Shown: positions 32,943 through 44,216, counted from the first letter of the stretch. The stretch: DNA of 64,000 nucleotides from Thecamonas trahens ATCC 50062 (GCF_000142905.1 NW_013657649.1:62001-126000), one strand, 5' to 3'. The notes: generated by a model from the letters alone, not told the origin. A program made the numbers and translations.

Positions 32943-35318
32943 ATGTCGAAGAACCCACCCCCCAACGATGAGCATTGGGAAGATATCACCCCTGCCCTGC
33001 GTATGTCCTTGCCTCTCTCTGTCTCTCACGCTCTCTCCCTCTCCCCCCCCTCCCTCCCTCCCTCCCTCCCTCCCTCCCTCCTCACCGCCCAGCCCCGTCC
33101 CCGTCTCCCCTCCACAGACGCTGCTACCGAGTCGCTGGCGGAGGGACAGCTGCTCTTTCCGCATGGTTTCCGGCTGACAGAGGCCATGAGCTCGATCGAG
33201 CTGATGGCGCCCAAGATGGACATGGGCATGACAGAGAAGCGGGTTGCGAGTGCCGAGGAGCGAGTGGCGGCTGGCGAGCTTGCGCTGGCGTTTGATGAGA
33301 CGACCGAGGCCGGGGCGGTGGCGCTGGTCGAAGCGCTGGAGGCGCTGGTTGTGGCGGAAGCCATGTTCATGTCGGGCATCAACATGGTGCAGTCGCTGTT
33401 TGCGGTGGCGGCTCTCCCGCTGCGCGGCCAGCTTCCGCCGGGATCGCCGCTGGGCATTGCGCTCGACGGCTTTGTTGCGTGCTCGACGCTGCTGATGAAC
33501 GCGCTGCTCCGGGCGGATGTGCATGAGGAAGAGGACTTTGTGCCTGGTGCTGGCGGACTTGTTCTCCCGGCGCTTGCGGCGTCGCCTGCCGAGGTGGCTA
33601 TGGCGCTCGAGGCCGAGGCGGCGCGGATCGGCGGAACGGCCGAGGGCAACCCAGCGCTGGCTCGGGCCTCAGTCCTCCTCCTCTTCTGGGCGACGTTCAT
33701 TCAGGTCCAGATCCGAATGGATGGCGCCGAAGTGGCGAGCTCCGGAAAGCACCGATCGCTCTCGCACGGGCGCAAGAAGCTGACCACGGCAGTAGAGCGG
33801 CTCGACCAAGTTCTAGGCAGCCTTGCGGAGAGCCTCTCGCCCGAGGAGGCCGAGGCGCGAATTGCACCGGCACTGCTGGACGTCAACCTCTCGCTCGACG
33901 CCATGGTGCCGGGCCTCATCGCGGTGCAGACGACAATGCCGCGCGGCGAGGCGCTGAGCAAGCTCCGCACGCACGTGCGCGGACTGGCCAGCGCGCTTGA
34001 GGTGGCGCAAGTGCCGGACACGCTCGATGCGACGGTTCGCTTTGTCACCGACTTTTCGCACTTTTCCGATGAGCACGACTTTGCGTCGCGGGCGCGGCTG
34101 AGTCTCCTTGTCCTCGCGCGCAACGAGCTCCAAGGCGGGACCCCGATTGTGGATGCTGTCCGGACAAGCCTGGCCTTTGACTACGGGCTTTCGGACGAGA
34201 TGATGGCGGCATGCGAGGCGAACCAAGTCTTTACGACGGCGACGCTCGCCTTTCGCATCCTCATCCAGTCGCTCTCGTTCAATCGGGCGCGGATGCGGAG
34301 CCAGCTGATGGCGCGGGCTTTTGACGCGTGGCTGCGGACGCAAAATGCGGCGTTTCAGGCTGCGCAGCCGGCGATTGCCGCAGCCGGCGGCAAGTGGACG
34401 CCTGATGTGGAGCAGCTGATGGAGTTCCCGCGATACTATCTGGTCTCAATCATGACGCTCTACACGCAGCTCGGCTTTGAGCTGGAGCTGTACTCGACCC
34501 GCGAGCTGACGGCGGTCTTCTGGTACCTCGACTACTTTCTGGGACTGCGGTACGAAATGCTGCGGACGCGGCTGGCGCGGCACGCAGCAGCGCTAGAGCA
34601 GCTAGCGGGGCCGGCGGGCCTGAGTGGGAAGCGCGGCAAGAAGAAAGGCAAGGGCAAGAAGAAGGGCGGGAACGGGGCCAAGAAGAAGGCGGCGGCGGCG
34701 CGGGCGGCGCGCGAGGCGGCGGTTGCTGCTACCCGCGAGCAGATCCTAGAGTCGTCTGCGCGCAAGCACGTGCTCTGTGGGCTCTTCCGGCTCTGCGTTG
34801 GCCTCACGCTTGACGGGCGGCTGAGTCAGGAGGAGACGCTTTATGGCTCGCCACGCAAGCGGTTTGAGCAGCGGTTTGGCCTCTTTGCGCGGGTGTACGA
34901 TCCCGAGGCGCTCACCTACGACCGGCTCATCAAGTCGATCAATCCTGAAGCTGTTGCCGCCGCCGAAGTCTTTTCGGCAGCGTCTGACTCGTTTGCAGAA
35001 GGCCAAGCCCACCTCGTGGAGTTACTGACAGCGGCCAAGGCCGGGACTGTCAGCTCGTGGGGGACCGAGCGGGGGATGGCGACGCTCAAGGCGTTGACGC
35101 GGGTAGTCATTTCCAACGGCATCGCGACCCGGCAGCTCGCGGCATCGTCGCCAGAGTCGCCGGCGTCTGGCGCCGAGAGACTCGCTTGCCCGGTCTACTT
35201 TGTGATGGACGCCGAGTGCGTCAAGGACATGCCGCGAGTGGTGGTGGCGAGCCCAGAGAAGGACGGCCACGACGACGCGGTCCAGGCGGCGGCCTTCCGG
35301 GTCCTCACCCACCGGTGA
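32943..35318 (+). CDS. NAA35: NatC auxiliary subunit NAA35/Mak10; intron 33001-33117
   Basis: Spliced N-terminus WEDIT...GQLL...FRLTEAMSSIELMAPKMDMGM; EEEDF; GFELELYS..E...VFWYLDY; RFEQRFGLF. GTATGT...CCACAG intron. Confidence 0.9.
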   Translation: MSKNPPPNDEHWEDITPALRMSLPLSVSHALSLSPPSLPPSLPPSLLTAQPRPRLPSTDAATESLAEGQLLFPHGFRLTEAMSSIELMAPKMDMGMTEKRVASAEERVAAGELALAFDETTEAGAVALVEALEALVVAEAMFMSGINMVQSLFAVAALPLRGQLPPGSPLGIALDGFVACSTLLMNALLRADVHEEEDFVPGAGGLVLPALAASPAEVAMALEAEAARIGGTAEGNPALARASVLLLFWATFIQVQIRMDGAEVASSGKHRSLSHGRKKLTTAVERLDQVLGSLAESLSPEEAEARIAPALLDVNLSLDAMVPGLIAVQTTMPRGEALSKLRTHVRGLASALEVAQVPDTLDATVRFVTDFSHFSDEHDFASRARLSLLVLARNELQGGTPIVDAVRTSLAFDYGLSDEMMAACEANQVFTTATLAFRILIQSLSFNRARMRSQLMARAFDAWLRTQNAAFQAAQPAIAAAGGKWTPDVEQLMEFPRYYLVSIMTLYTQLGFELELYSTRELTAVFWYLDYFLGLRYEMLRTRLARHAAALEQLAGPAGLSGKRGKKKGKGKKKGGNGAKKKAAAARAAREAAVAATREQILESSARKHVLCGLFRLCVGLTLDGRLSQEETLYGSPRKRFEQRFGLFARVYDPEALTYDRLIKSINPEAVAAAEVFSAASDSFAEGQAHLVELLTAAKAGTVSSWGTERGMATLKALTRVVISNGIATRQLAASSPESPASGAERLACPVYFVMDAECVKDMPRVVVASPEKDGHDDAVQAAAFRVLTHR

Positions 35319-35336
35319 GGCAAGCGATGGCTAAGA

Positions 35337-36314
35337 TTAGGCGCCGCCACTGGTGAGCGCCGCCGCCAGCGCGTCGTACTCGATGCGGACAAGATCCATG
35401 GCGAGCGTGTCGGCCCAGAGACGGGCGGCGGCGGCGTAGCCGCGCGACGACAGTATGCGGCCGCCCCAGGCAAAGTTGGCCTCGAGGTCGTCGCCGGCGC
35501 GCGGCGAGCGAAAGTATTGGAACAGGTCGGGCCCGCGGCGAAAGTGGGCGGCCTCATCGGGCGACTGCTCGTCATCAAAGTAGTGTGTGATGTGGATGTT
35601 GAGCTGGGCGAGGTAGACGTCGGTGACCGAGGGCGCGAGCGGGACAGTGGCGACGTAGACGACGCCGCCGGTGGCCTCGACAATGGCGGCGGCGAGAGCG
35701 CGGATGTTTGCCCACGACGCTGGCGCGGTGAGCCCGACGGCCGGATCGGAGGCTCCCAGCATGAGGAGGGTGACGTCAGCGGTGGCGGCCTCGCGGGCGC
35801 GGGTGGCGAGCCCAAACACCTGGTCCCACAGCGGGGCCGAGGGCTTGAGCGAGAGCCAGGCAAAGCGCTCGGGCGGGCCGGCCCAAGCCGGGAGCCAAGC
35901 CTCAGATGAAGCACCGGTGGCGCCCATGTTGAGGACGTGCCAACGCTGGCGGACGCGGCGGTCGGCGTGGAGCAGGCCCTCGAGGCGCGGGGCGATGCCG
36001 CCGACGGTGCCAAAGGTGATCCAGTCACCAAAGCCCTCGGCATTGCCGTCGCCGACGACCACGACACAGCGCGGCGGGAGCGGGCTCTCCTCCGGGCGGG
36101 CCAGCCGGCGGGCCAGCCCCACGTTCTGGAACAGCAGCACGTTGAGCCGGAGCCAGGCCAGAGCCAGTGGCTCGCGGATGGTGACGACCACAAAGAGGAT
36201 GACCTTGAACACGTTGGTGAGGACAGCCACCACCGCACGGGTTGCCCGCAGGCCCAGCGACGGCGCCCCGGCACCCAGCCCACCGCGCCGTCCGCTGCTC
36301 TCTGTGCTAGACAT
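35337..36314 (-). CDS. SGNH/GDSL-fold protein with an N-terminal hydrophobic anchor; catalytic residues substituted
   Basis: Block I VVVGDGNAEGFGD, block II VLNMGATGAS, block III LMLGASD, block V GGRILSSRGY...W. Confidence 0.7.
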   Translation of the reverse strand: MSSTESSGRRGGLGAGAPSLGLRATRAVVAVLTNVFKVILFVVVTIREPLALAWLRLNVLLFQNVGLARRLARPEESPLPPRCVVVVGDGNAEGFGDWITFGTVGGIAPRLEGLLHADRRVRQRWHVLNMGATGASSEAWLPAWAGPPERFAWLSLKPSAPLWDQVFGLATRAREAATADVTLLMLGASDPAVGLTAPASWANIRALAAAIVEATGGVVYVATVPLAPSVTDVYLAQLNIHITHYFDDEQSPDEAAHFRRGPDLFQYFRSPRAGDDLEANFAWGGRILSSRGYAAAARLWADTLAMDLVRIEYDALAAALTSGGA

Positions 36315-36908
36315 GGTATGGTGTGTGTGTGTGGGGTGTGTGTGTGTGAGGGGGGAGGAGTGGAGGGTGTGTGTGAGGAGTGGGGGGGTGTGTGAGCGGG
36401 AGGGTGTGAGGGGGATCGGAGTGGGACAAGGGGCGGGGAGGGGCTACGCCACGGAATGGCATGGGTTCGGGAAGGGGGNNNNNNNNNNNNNNNNNNNNNN
36501 NNNNNNNNNNNNNNNNNNNNNNNNNNNNNNNNNNNNNNNNNNNNNNNNNNNNNNNNNNNNNNNNNNNNNNNNNNNNNNNNNNNNNNNNNNNNNNNNNNNN
36601 NNNNNNNNNNNNNNNNNNNNNNNNNNNNNNNNNNNNNNNNNNNNNNNNNNNNNNNNNNNNNNNNNNNNNNNNNNNNNNNNNNNNNNNNNNNNNNNNNNNN
36701 NNNNNNNNNNNNNNNNNNNNNNNNNNNNNNNNNNNNNNNNNNNNNNNNNNNNNNNNNNNNNNNNNNNNNNNNNNNNNNNNNNNNNNNNNNNNNNNAGGGG
36801 GGGGGGGGGGGGGGGGAGGGGGGGGGAGTAGGGGATTGGTGATCGGGTGGGGATGGAGGTGGATAGGGTGATTCCCTGGAGTTGGTGGTGATGGTGATCA
36901 TGTATCAT

Positions 36909-36974
36909 GGTGGTGGTGATGGTGGTGATGGTGGTGATGGTGGTGATGGTGGTGATGGTGGTGATGGTGGTCAT
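36909..36974. repeat. (GGTGGTGAT)n 9-bp tandem repeat
   Basis: About 7 copies in the SGNH/CRAL-TRIO divergent spacer. Confidence 0.9.
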
Positions 36975-37142
36975 GATGGCCATGCCCCGGGACGGCGGGT
37001 GGCGGAACGGTCACGTGGCACTCTCACACCCACTCGCGCTGCCACTCCCACCACACCGACTCCCGCATCCCCCACCACACCCACTCCCGTATCTCCCACC
37101 ACTCCACCCCCTCCTACCTTCTACGTGTCTCTCCCCTGAAAT

Positions 37143-38170
37143 ATGGATAGGGAGGGCCAGGCAAGGGCGCGACGACGGCGGCGGCGGTGGGCGTGGGAGG
37201 AGGCGGTGGTGGGCGAGCTGAGCAGCGAGGAAGCCGCAGGGGTGGCGGCGCTGGGCGAGGAGTTCCCCGAGGTGCTGCCGCTGCAGCGGCTGAGGTTTCT
37301 CCGGGCGCGGGCCATGAACGTAAGCAAGGCGAGCGAGATGCTGCGGTCGGCGCTAGAGTGGCGGGCGGCCAAGGGCATCGAGGCGCTGAGCATTGACTCG
37401 GAGGGCATGTCCCAGCAGCTGATGCCGGGCAAGGCCTTTCTGCACCGAGTTGATGCCCAGGGCCGCCCGGTCATTGTGGTCCGCATGCGGGCGCACACCA
37501 AGGGCGGGCCTCCTGAGCCCGCCGTCCACCACGTCCTGCTCATGGTCGAGACCGCCATCCCTGGATGTATCCGCCGGTCTCGCAGTTTGCCGTCATCGTC
37601 GACTTTACCGGCTCGTCCATGAAGAACTACGACACGGCCATGCTTCGTGGCGTGCTGCAGGTCCTGCAGACCTCGTACCCTGAGCGGCTGGGAAAGATGT
37701 GGATGGTCAACGCTCCGTGGGTGTTCTCGGGCGTCTGGCGTCTTGTCAAGGGCATGCTCGACAAGCGGACCGTGTCCAAGATCGAGTTTGTCGGCTCCGA
37801 CTACAAGGACGTCCTGGCCGCTCACTTTGCGCCCGAGTGTCTGCTCGCCTCAATGGGCGGTTCCTCGCAGTATGTCTTTGATCCGGTCGTCTCGCCGCTC
37901 GGCGTCCTCTTCCCGCTCCCGGAATCAGTCGCCGCAAATCTCACTCTCGACGACGATCTGCTGAGCGCCGACCACTTTGGCGAGGCTGCCGAGTCCGAGC
38001 TGTGGACTGACGACGACCTCGCTGCTCAGCGCTCGCCGACCGCCTTTCTCTCTATGAGTGACGACGACGACGCCGGCGCCACTGCGGGCGACGCTGGCGG
38101 CGACGACGACGATGATGATGATGAGTTTTTCTCTGGCACCGGTGACTACGTGCCGCACGATGAGCTGTGA
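37143..38170 (+). CDS. CRAL-TRIO (Sec14-like) lipid-binding protein; apparent 1-nt deletion at 37559-37561
   Basis: LRFLRAR..NVSKASEML..ALEWR (CRAL-TRIO_N); D.QGRPV; IVDFTG; LQTSYPERLG..WMVNAPWVFSGVWRLVK.MLD.RT.SKI. One extra C gives ETAIPWMYPP. Confidence 0.88.
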
Positions 38171-38181
38171 CGCCCGCACCA

Positions 38182-40238
38182 TCACAGGCCCGGCTTGCCA
38201 TTGAGGTCGATGCCTGACGCTCGCAGAACCTCCAGGTGGTGGGCGCGGTATGCCACGAGCTCCGGGTTGCGGACAAGGGTGAAGGCAAGATGCCAACGGT
38301 TGCGCGCCCGCCGCGAGCGCGGCGGCTCCCGCCGGCGACAGTTGGCAGCATCGACCGGCACCAGCAGTGGAGTAGCCTCACCTCCGACGGGCATGACGCC
38401 GTATGCTGCAAACACCTCGGCAGCCGCCACAAACACCGGCGAGTTGTACTGGTGGTCAAGGAGGAGCATGCCGACAAAGGCCGAGAACCCGGCGTCCCAC
38501 GCCTCGTAGCCGCGCGGATAGGCCGGCACGTCTAGCCGCCAGAGCATGGCAAACTGAATGACCAGCGCCCAGACCAGCCGCTTCACGGCAGCTGCAAGCC
38601 CAGTCGCCAAGTTGAGGTACGTCGAGAGGTAGTCGAAGAGCGAGAACCACCGCCGATTGCGGATGAGGCCGCCGTCGTCAAAGTAGACGGCCACAAAGAC
38701 GCTGCGGAGGAGCCACCACACCACAGCATTGACGACAACTGTCGCCAGCAGATGCCGTGCCGCAGTCACCGCCCACGACCGCACCGCCGGAACAAAGAAC
38801 GTGAGGAGGCCAATGCCAAGCGCAAGAGTGAGAATGAACATGAGAACAAAGCTGCCGAGTACGAGGTGCACGATGTGGTACGGCACAAAGTATGAGGCAT
38901 CGGTGAGCGCAAACTGCCGCGGATCAAAGACGTACTTTCCGCGCCGCAGCTGCAAGATGAGCTGACGATACCGCCGAAACATGAGCCAGGTCATGAGAAT
39001 CACCAGTACAAACATGATGATTGCGCCAAGACCGAGCGCGAGTGCACTTGCCTTGCTTACCCCACCCCAGGGGCCGGGCATCTCGCTTGCTACCTTCCAA
39101 CCTTCGATGGCGTAGTAAATGCCCAGGACGGTGATGACGAGGACAAGGTAAGCGCCCGATGCAGCGGCAAACAGCAGCCGCTGCGGAAAGTAGACTACAG
39201 CCCACCACGGCGTGGCGGTAGACTCGTTGCGTGTACGCCAGGCGTTATGCGCGGCCACGCACCATCGAGTCACAGCGGCCACAAACTGCTCTGCCAGCAC
39301 CACAAAGTAGAGCTTGCAACGCACAGCAGCTGACGGCTCATGATGAAGCTCACGCTCGGTCTCATTCCAGGTGTGGTACCACGGCGAGAAGACTGGCCGC
39401 GGCAGACCCATGCCAACAACAGTCATGATCGGCGGCGGCGGTGGCTTACCTCGGCTGCGCACGTCGTCATCCTGGCTCGCCTCCGATCCACCGCTCCAAG
39501 ATGACACCTCTTCCCACTCCCCTAGCGCCGCAACAGGAGCATGCCAAGACGGCCGGGCAAGGCGCGGGTCGAGCAGCGCCGTCGTGTAGGTTCGTGCCCA
39601 CGTGCGATGGCTGACGGCGAAGCCGGAGCCATCCACGGCGGCGGTGCCCTTGGTGGCGCGCAGGCAAGCGAGAACGAGATGGCCGGCACCTACGGCAGCC
39701 AAGCAGGCCATCGAGCCCCAGATAAAACCACAGCCCACGGCGAGTTGTGCGGAGCGGCAAGGTAGAAGAGCCAGACGACGACGACGACAGAGGCGGTCCC
39801 TAGCGCGGAGGTGAGGGCAGCGGTGGCCGAGCGGCCCGATCCGGCGCCGGAGAAGACGCAGCTATGCATGAGGAGGGTGGAGAGGGCAGTGGCAAGGAGA
39901 ATGTTGTACATGCCGGTGGCGGTTCCCTTGTTGTGCTCGATCTCCACCGGCGGCGATCCCGGGCCGGTGGCGTTGGCCGGAAGCCACTCGGTGACCTCGC
40001 CGACGGCCATAGAGGCCAGAGCGAGTGGATAGCCGATGGCGAGAGCGGCAGCAAAGACAGAGACCATAGCCGCCACCGTCAGCCATCGCCAGGTCACATT
40101 ATCCTCGACCAGATCCAGCGGCATTGCGTTCCGCCTCGCATCCTCCGCCGGCCACCGCAGCCTCGCCCTGCTCGGCCGTCCTCCCCCGCTGCTCCCGTCG
40201 GCATCGCCGCCCGCCCCACCACCTCCACCACGGGCCAT
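38182..40238 (-). CDS. STRA6-like (RBP-receptor family) multi-pass membrane protein; apparent 1-nt deletion near 39724-39727
   Basis: MLWRLD...PRGYEAWDAGFSAFVGMLLLDHQYNSPV and RSRRARNRWHLAFTLVRNPELVAYR match the remembered STRA6 C-terminal consensus; many TM segments. Confidence 0.8.
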
Positions 40239-40670
40239 TCCCTGAGCCCTGCTTCCGCCTCTGTCTCACCCGCACCGTGACCCTGCATGCACGCCGGGTG
40301 TATGTGTGCGGGGTGTGGGGTGTGGGGTGCTGTTGTCGGACTGCTCGACGGGGGCTCCACTGGCTTGTGCGTGTGGGCCATGCGTGCCGCCGTGTGCCGT
40401 GGCCGGTTGCCGTCACGGCATGGCGGTGGTTTTCGGCGACGTGGCCTGCACGAGGATTTCGGCGGGTGCAGAGGCCAATGGAGGACGGGATGTCGTGAGG
40501 AGGGAGGCGAGGAGTGCACAGGCGCGTTTGCAATCTCCAGCCTGCTGACACGATGTGTACGGGTAGATGCGGTATCGGTCGCGGCTACGAGCCGTGCTCG
40601 TGATCTCGTCTTTATCACCGCGAGAATGTAGGCCGTATCACCTACAGTGCTGACGGCAAGCGTGGCTGAC

Positions 40671-42107
40671 CTACTTGTCCGTGGGAACGAGCGCAACTGG
40701 CCCGGCATCATCAGCGACCTCGTCGAGATGGAGAAAAGCCGCGAGATCGGGCGTGTTGGCCAGGCCTGAGGCCAGGCCCTTGGTCTCCGCGATGGCGGTG
40801 TCACGCATCAGCAGCTCGCCGTCGGCCTTGAGCAGGTCCGCGTCAGTGACGTAGAGATAGGTGAAGAAGGAGATAAAGCCGACGACATGGCCGCCGATCC
40901 ACATAGGAGCCCAGGCGTCGACGGCGGGCATGATGAAGATTAGCGGGTAGAGGGCGAGCATCGAGCCGGTGTGGAAGGCCATGAGCGGGAGTGGATCGTC
41001 GACCTGGCGCCGGACATAGTTGTAGAGGGTGACCATGCCGCCGACAACGCAGATGGGAACGAGCGAAGTGACGAGCGAGGTGCGGAGCGCAGCACGGGCG
41101 ATTGCCTGCGAGCTCTCGCCTGCCCGGAACGCCTGCAGCGCACCCCACGCGCCACCGCCCAGCGCAGTGTGCAGGTAGAGGAGCAGGCCTGAGTCTGCAA
41201 TGCTGTCGCCGGCCGAGGCCAGCCACGACGCCTGCGTCGCCCGCGCCGATTCTGCCAATTTGTCCAGCCGGGCCAGCAGCTCCGGCCGCTCGACGCCAAT
41301 CTTGCTCGCAGTCTCTGGCCGTTCAAGGGCAGCAATGGCCAGCGCAGCAGCGGCCTTATCAAAGGCGCGACGGCGGATGTAAATGTTGTCGCTTGCGTTG
41401 GCCAGGGCGCTGTGGACGTGAACGTTGTCAACAAGGGCGGCGGCGAGCGGCTCGTCGGCAGGCGTGTTGGCGACTAGATGGGCAAGTGCCGACGCCAGGT
41501 TCTTGCGGACCACCAGCGTCATGCTCTTGTCCTCCGCAATGTGAGCCATGGCAGTGACCACGTCCGAGTCAAGCACGGAGGCGCGGACTTGCGGCGCCGC
41601 AGCCTGGCACACATTGTCGAGGGTCTTGGACGCAGCGTTGCGCATGCTGAGCTCCGGCGCAAGGGCAGCGACGCGCAGAAGCTGGCGAAGCACCTCAGGT
41701 TCGCGGGCGAGGACAGCCTTGAGCGCGTCGTTAGTCCCACTAGCAGCCGCCAGACCCTCCAGATCGTCCTCCTGAAGCCGGCTCCAGTGGCGGCCCGCCA
41801 CCAGCTGCGGCGCGGTGGCAAGCAGATATGCCGTATCGTCGCCGTCGGCCATGTACACCCCATACGATCCTGCCGCCACCGCAAAGGCCACAGACGCCGC
41901 TACCACCCCGCGCCGCGTAAAGGTCGGGAACACGCCTCCGCCGCCGCCACCTCCGCTGTCGCCACCGCCGCCTGACGCTTCACGCCGCCGCGCCGCTTCC
42001 ACCGCCGCCCTGGCCTGCGCGTGCCCGCTTCGCAATGGCATGGCCCGCCCAGCAACTGCGGCATGCGTCATAGCCTGTGCCACGCACCGACTCACTCTGG
42101 CGAGCAT
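40671..42107 (-). CDS. Unknown protein: mitochondrial-like presequence, TM helix, ARM-like helices, C-terminal TM bundle
   Basis: MLARVSRCVAQAMTHAAVAGRAMPLRS is Arg/Ala-rich with no acidic residues; 478-aa ORF with host codon usage. Confidence 0.7.
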   Translation of the reverse strand: MLARVSRCVAQAMTHAAVAGRAMPLRSGHAQARAAVEAARRREASGGGGDSGGGGGGGVFPTFTRRGVVAASVAFAVAAGSYGVYMADGDDTAYLLATAPQLVAGRHWSRLQEDDLEGLAAASGTNDALKAVLAREPEVLRQLLRVAALAPELSMRNAASKTLDNVCQAAAPQVRASVLDSDVVTAMAHIAEDKSMTLVVRKNLASALAHLVANTPADEPLAAALVDNVHVHSALANASDNIYIRRRAFDKAAAALAIAALERPETASKIGVERPELLARLDKLAESARATQASWLASAGDSIADSGLLLYLHTALGGGAWGALQAFRAGESSQAIARAALRTSLVTSLVPICVVGGMVTLYNYVRRQVDDPLPLMAFHTGSMLALYPLIFIMPAVDAWAPMWIGGHVVGFISFFTYLYVTDADLLKADGELLMRDTAIAETKGLASGLANTPDLAAFLHLDEVADDAGPVALVPTDK

Positions 42108-42139
42108 GGTTTGGCTGAGTGAGGTGGTCGGCGTGTGGG

Positions 42140-42357
42140 TCTGGGGTGGTGATCGATGGAGTGGTGATGGAAGGGGAGGGGCTGGTGGTGGTGATGGAAG
42201 GGGGAGGGGCTGGTGATCGTGATGGGGTGGTGTTCGATGGGGGAGGGGCTGGTGGCGGTGTTCGATGGGGGAGGGGCTGGTGATGGTGTTCGATGGGGGA
42301 GGGGCTGGTGGTGGCGATGGATGGGGGAGGGGCTGGTGATGGTGTTCGATGGGGAGG
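42140..42357. repeat. Degenerate G-rich tandem repeat (about 28-bp GATGGGGGAGGGGCTGGTG...GTGTTC units)
   Basis: About 6-7 imperfect copies. Confidence 0.85.
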
Positions 42358-42420
42358 CTGTGGCTTGAGCCACCAAAACAGCATTTCGCGACCTTTTCCT
42401 GGTGTTGGCGCAACGCGGAG

Positions 42421-43782
42421 GGAGGCGTGACCTTCTTGTGCAACTCCATGCATGTACGGTACAACAGTGCCTGGCGAGGCATGGTGCTATCCACATGGCA
42501 CTGTCCCCCACCTCGTGTCTATCCCTCTCCGATGTGCTCTTTCGGTGCCGCAGTCTGCCTCTCCTTCCGAGCGCGCATGCGTCGGAAAACGATCACACAG
42601 GTTGATCAAGCCCGCCATGCCCTACTCACGGTCACACGCACCAGACGAGCTCTCGGACATAGGGATCGCACTACTCCCTTCAGAGCTCGTGCTGCTGCCC
42701 TCCGAGGTCGTCTGCTTCCGCGAGCTGCTGGTGTCGTTGGTGGCCATCGTCATGGGCATGATGCCCGCGCTAGCAAGTTGCACCGTCAGCTTGTGAATGG
42801 TGCTTTCCTGCTCGCGAATGGTGTCCGCAGCCTCCGTCGCCTCCGTCGCCTGCTTCGCAATGGTGCTCGCCTGCTTCGCGAATGGTGTTCGCAGCCTCCG
42901 TCGCTCGCTTCGTAAATATGCTCGCCTGCTTCCGCATGGGTGCTCTCTCATAGGAATCGATCTGTTTATTAAGCACCTTCAGCAACACCTGATCCGTCTC
43001 CCAATTGTATGCTGGCCATGGCTTCCTATCGAGTCAAGTATATTGTCACTTCCATCTACCGCCCGGCCCTCCGTCCACTCGGCCCGTGTCGTTGTGGCCC
43101 ATCGTCATGGGCATGATGCCCGCCGCTAGCAAGTTGCACCGTCAGCTTGTGAATGGTGCTTTCCTGCTCGCGAATGATGATGCCCGCGCTAGCAAGTTGC
43201 ATCCTCAGCTCGCGAATGGTACTCTTCAGCTCGCGAATGGTGTCCGCAGCCTCCGTCGCCTGCTTCGCAATGGTGCTCGCCTGCTTCGCAATGGTGCTCT
43301 CCAAGGCATCGATCCGCTTAGTCAGCACCTTCAGCAACACCTGGTTCGTCTCCGATTTGGATGCTGCCATGGCTCCTATCGAGTCAAGTATATCGCCACT
43401 TCCACCACCGCCGGCCCTCCGCCACTCGGCCCGTGCCACTCGCCGCAGCATGCGCTCCCCTACGCCGCGACGCGTCCGCCATCGCCGCCGTCGCCGCTCC
43501 AAGTCACGCCGCCGGCATCTGCATCCGCGTTGTTCGCCAGCCTTTCCCTCCTCGCCTTTCCCATCCAGCGCTGCCAGCTCTGCCTCCTCTCCCACGCCAT
43601 CGGCCACCACCTCGAGCACTACCACCGCATCGTCGTCTTGCTTGCCGTCCTTGTTGGCCTGTCTCTCACAGCCATGGACATTGTTGTCGTCCGCCACCGC
43701 CTCCGACCTGTACCCCCGCCCCGGCCCTTCCACCGAGGTCATACCCGCCCCCGCCAATAGAGTATGTAATGCAGGGCGGGTG

Positions 43783-43819
<37 letters not shown>

Positions 43820-43888
43820 TGGGTGGGTGGGTGGGTGTGGGTGACGCATAGTCGGTCAGGAACAAATGCCAGTATGCTCACCAGCACA
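42421..43888 (-). mobile_element. Dispersed repeat copy A (with an internal tandem duplication), inverted relative to copy B at 61471-62567
   Basis: Reverse complement of copy B; ORF-track entries 43361..43783(+) and 61573..61995(-) translate identically. No transposase, TIR or TSD identified, so mobility is unproven. Confidence 0.6.
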
Positions 43889-44216
43889 CGGCGCAGCCAG
43901 TGATTGATCGGTTGGGCGACGGGCTGAGCTAGGCCACCGGCCAAATCTGGCCAAGGCTGTGGTTGTAGCTTTACCAATCTACTTGCTTGTCATTGTGCCT
44001 GGCCTTGCATCAAGCCCTACACTTTGCGAGTCATCAGCCATTGGATAAGGCCACTACAACAGCGGTCCAGGCAGGATCCACGTCACATCAGCCGTCACAT
44101 ACAGGCCACCGCCGTTACGTACCATTGAGCTCGCTCAGACACGCGAGGAAGTAAACGTTTCGGCAGGCTTGCCATGCGTGATTAGCCACCACTGTGACAT
44201 CACATCACCATATCCA

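Noticed and set aside
38156-38170. C-terminal HDEL on the CRAL-TRIO protein
   Set aside because: There is no signal peptide and the domain is cytosolic, so it is probably coincidental.
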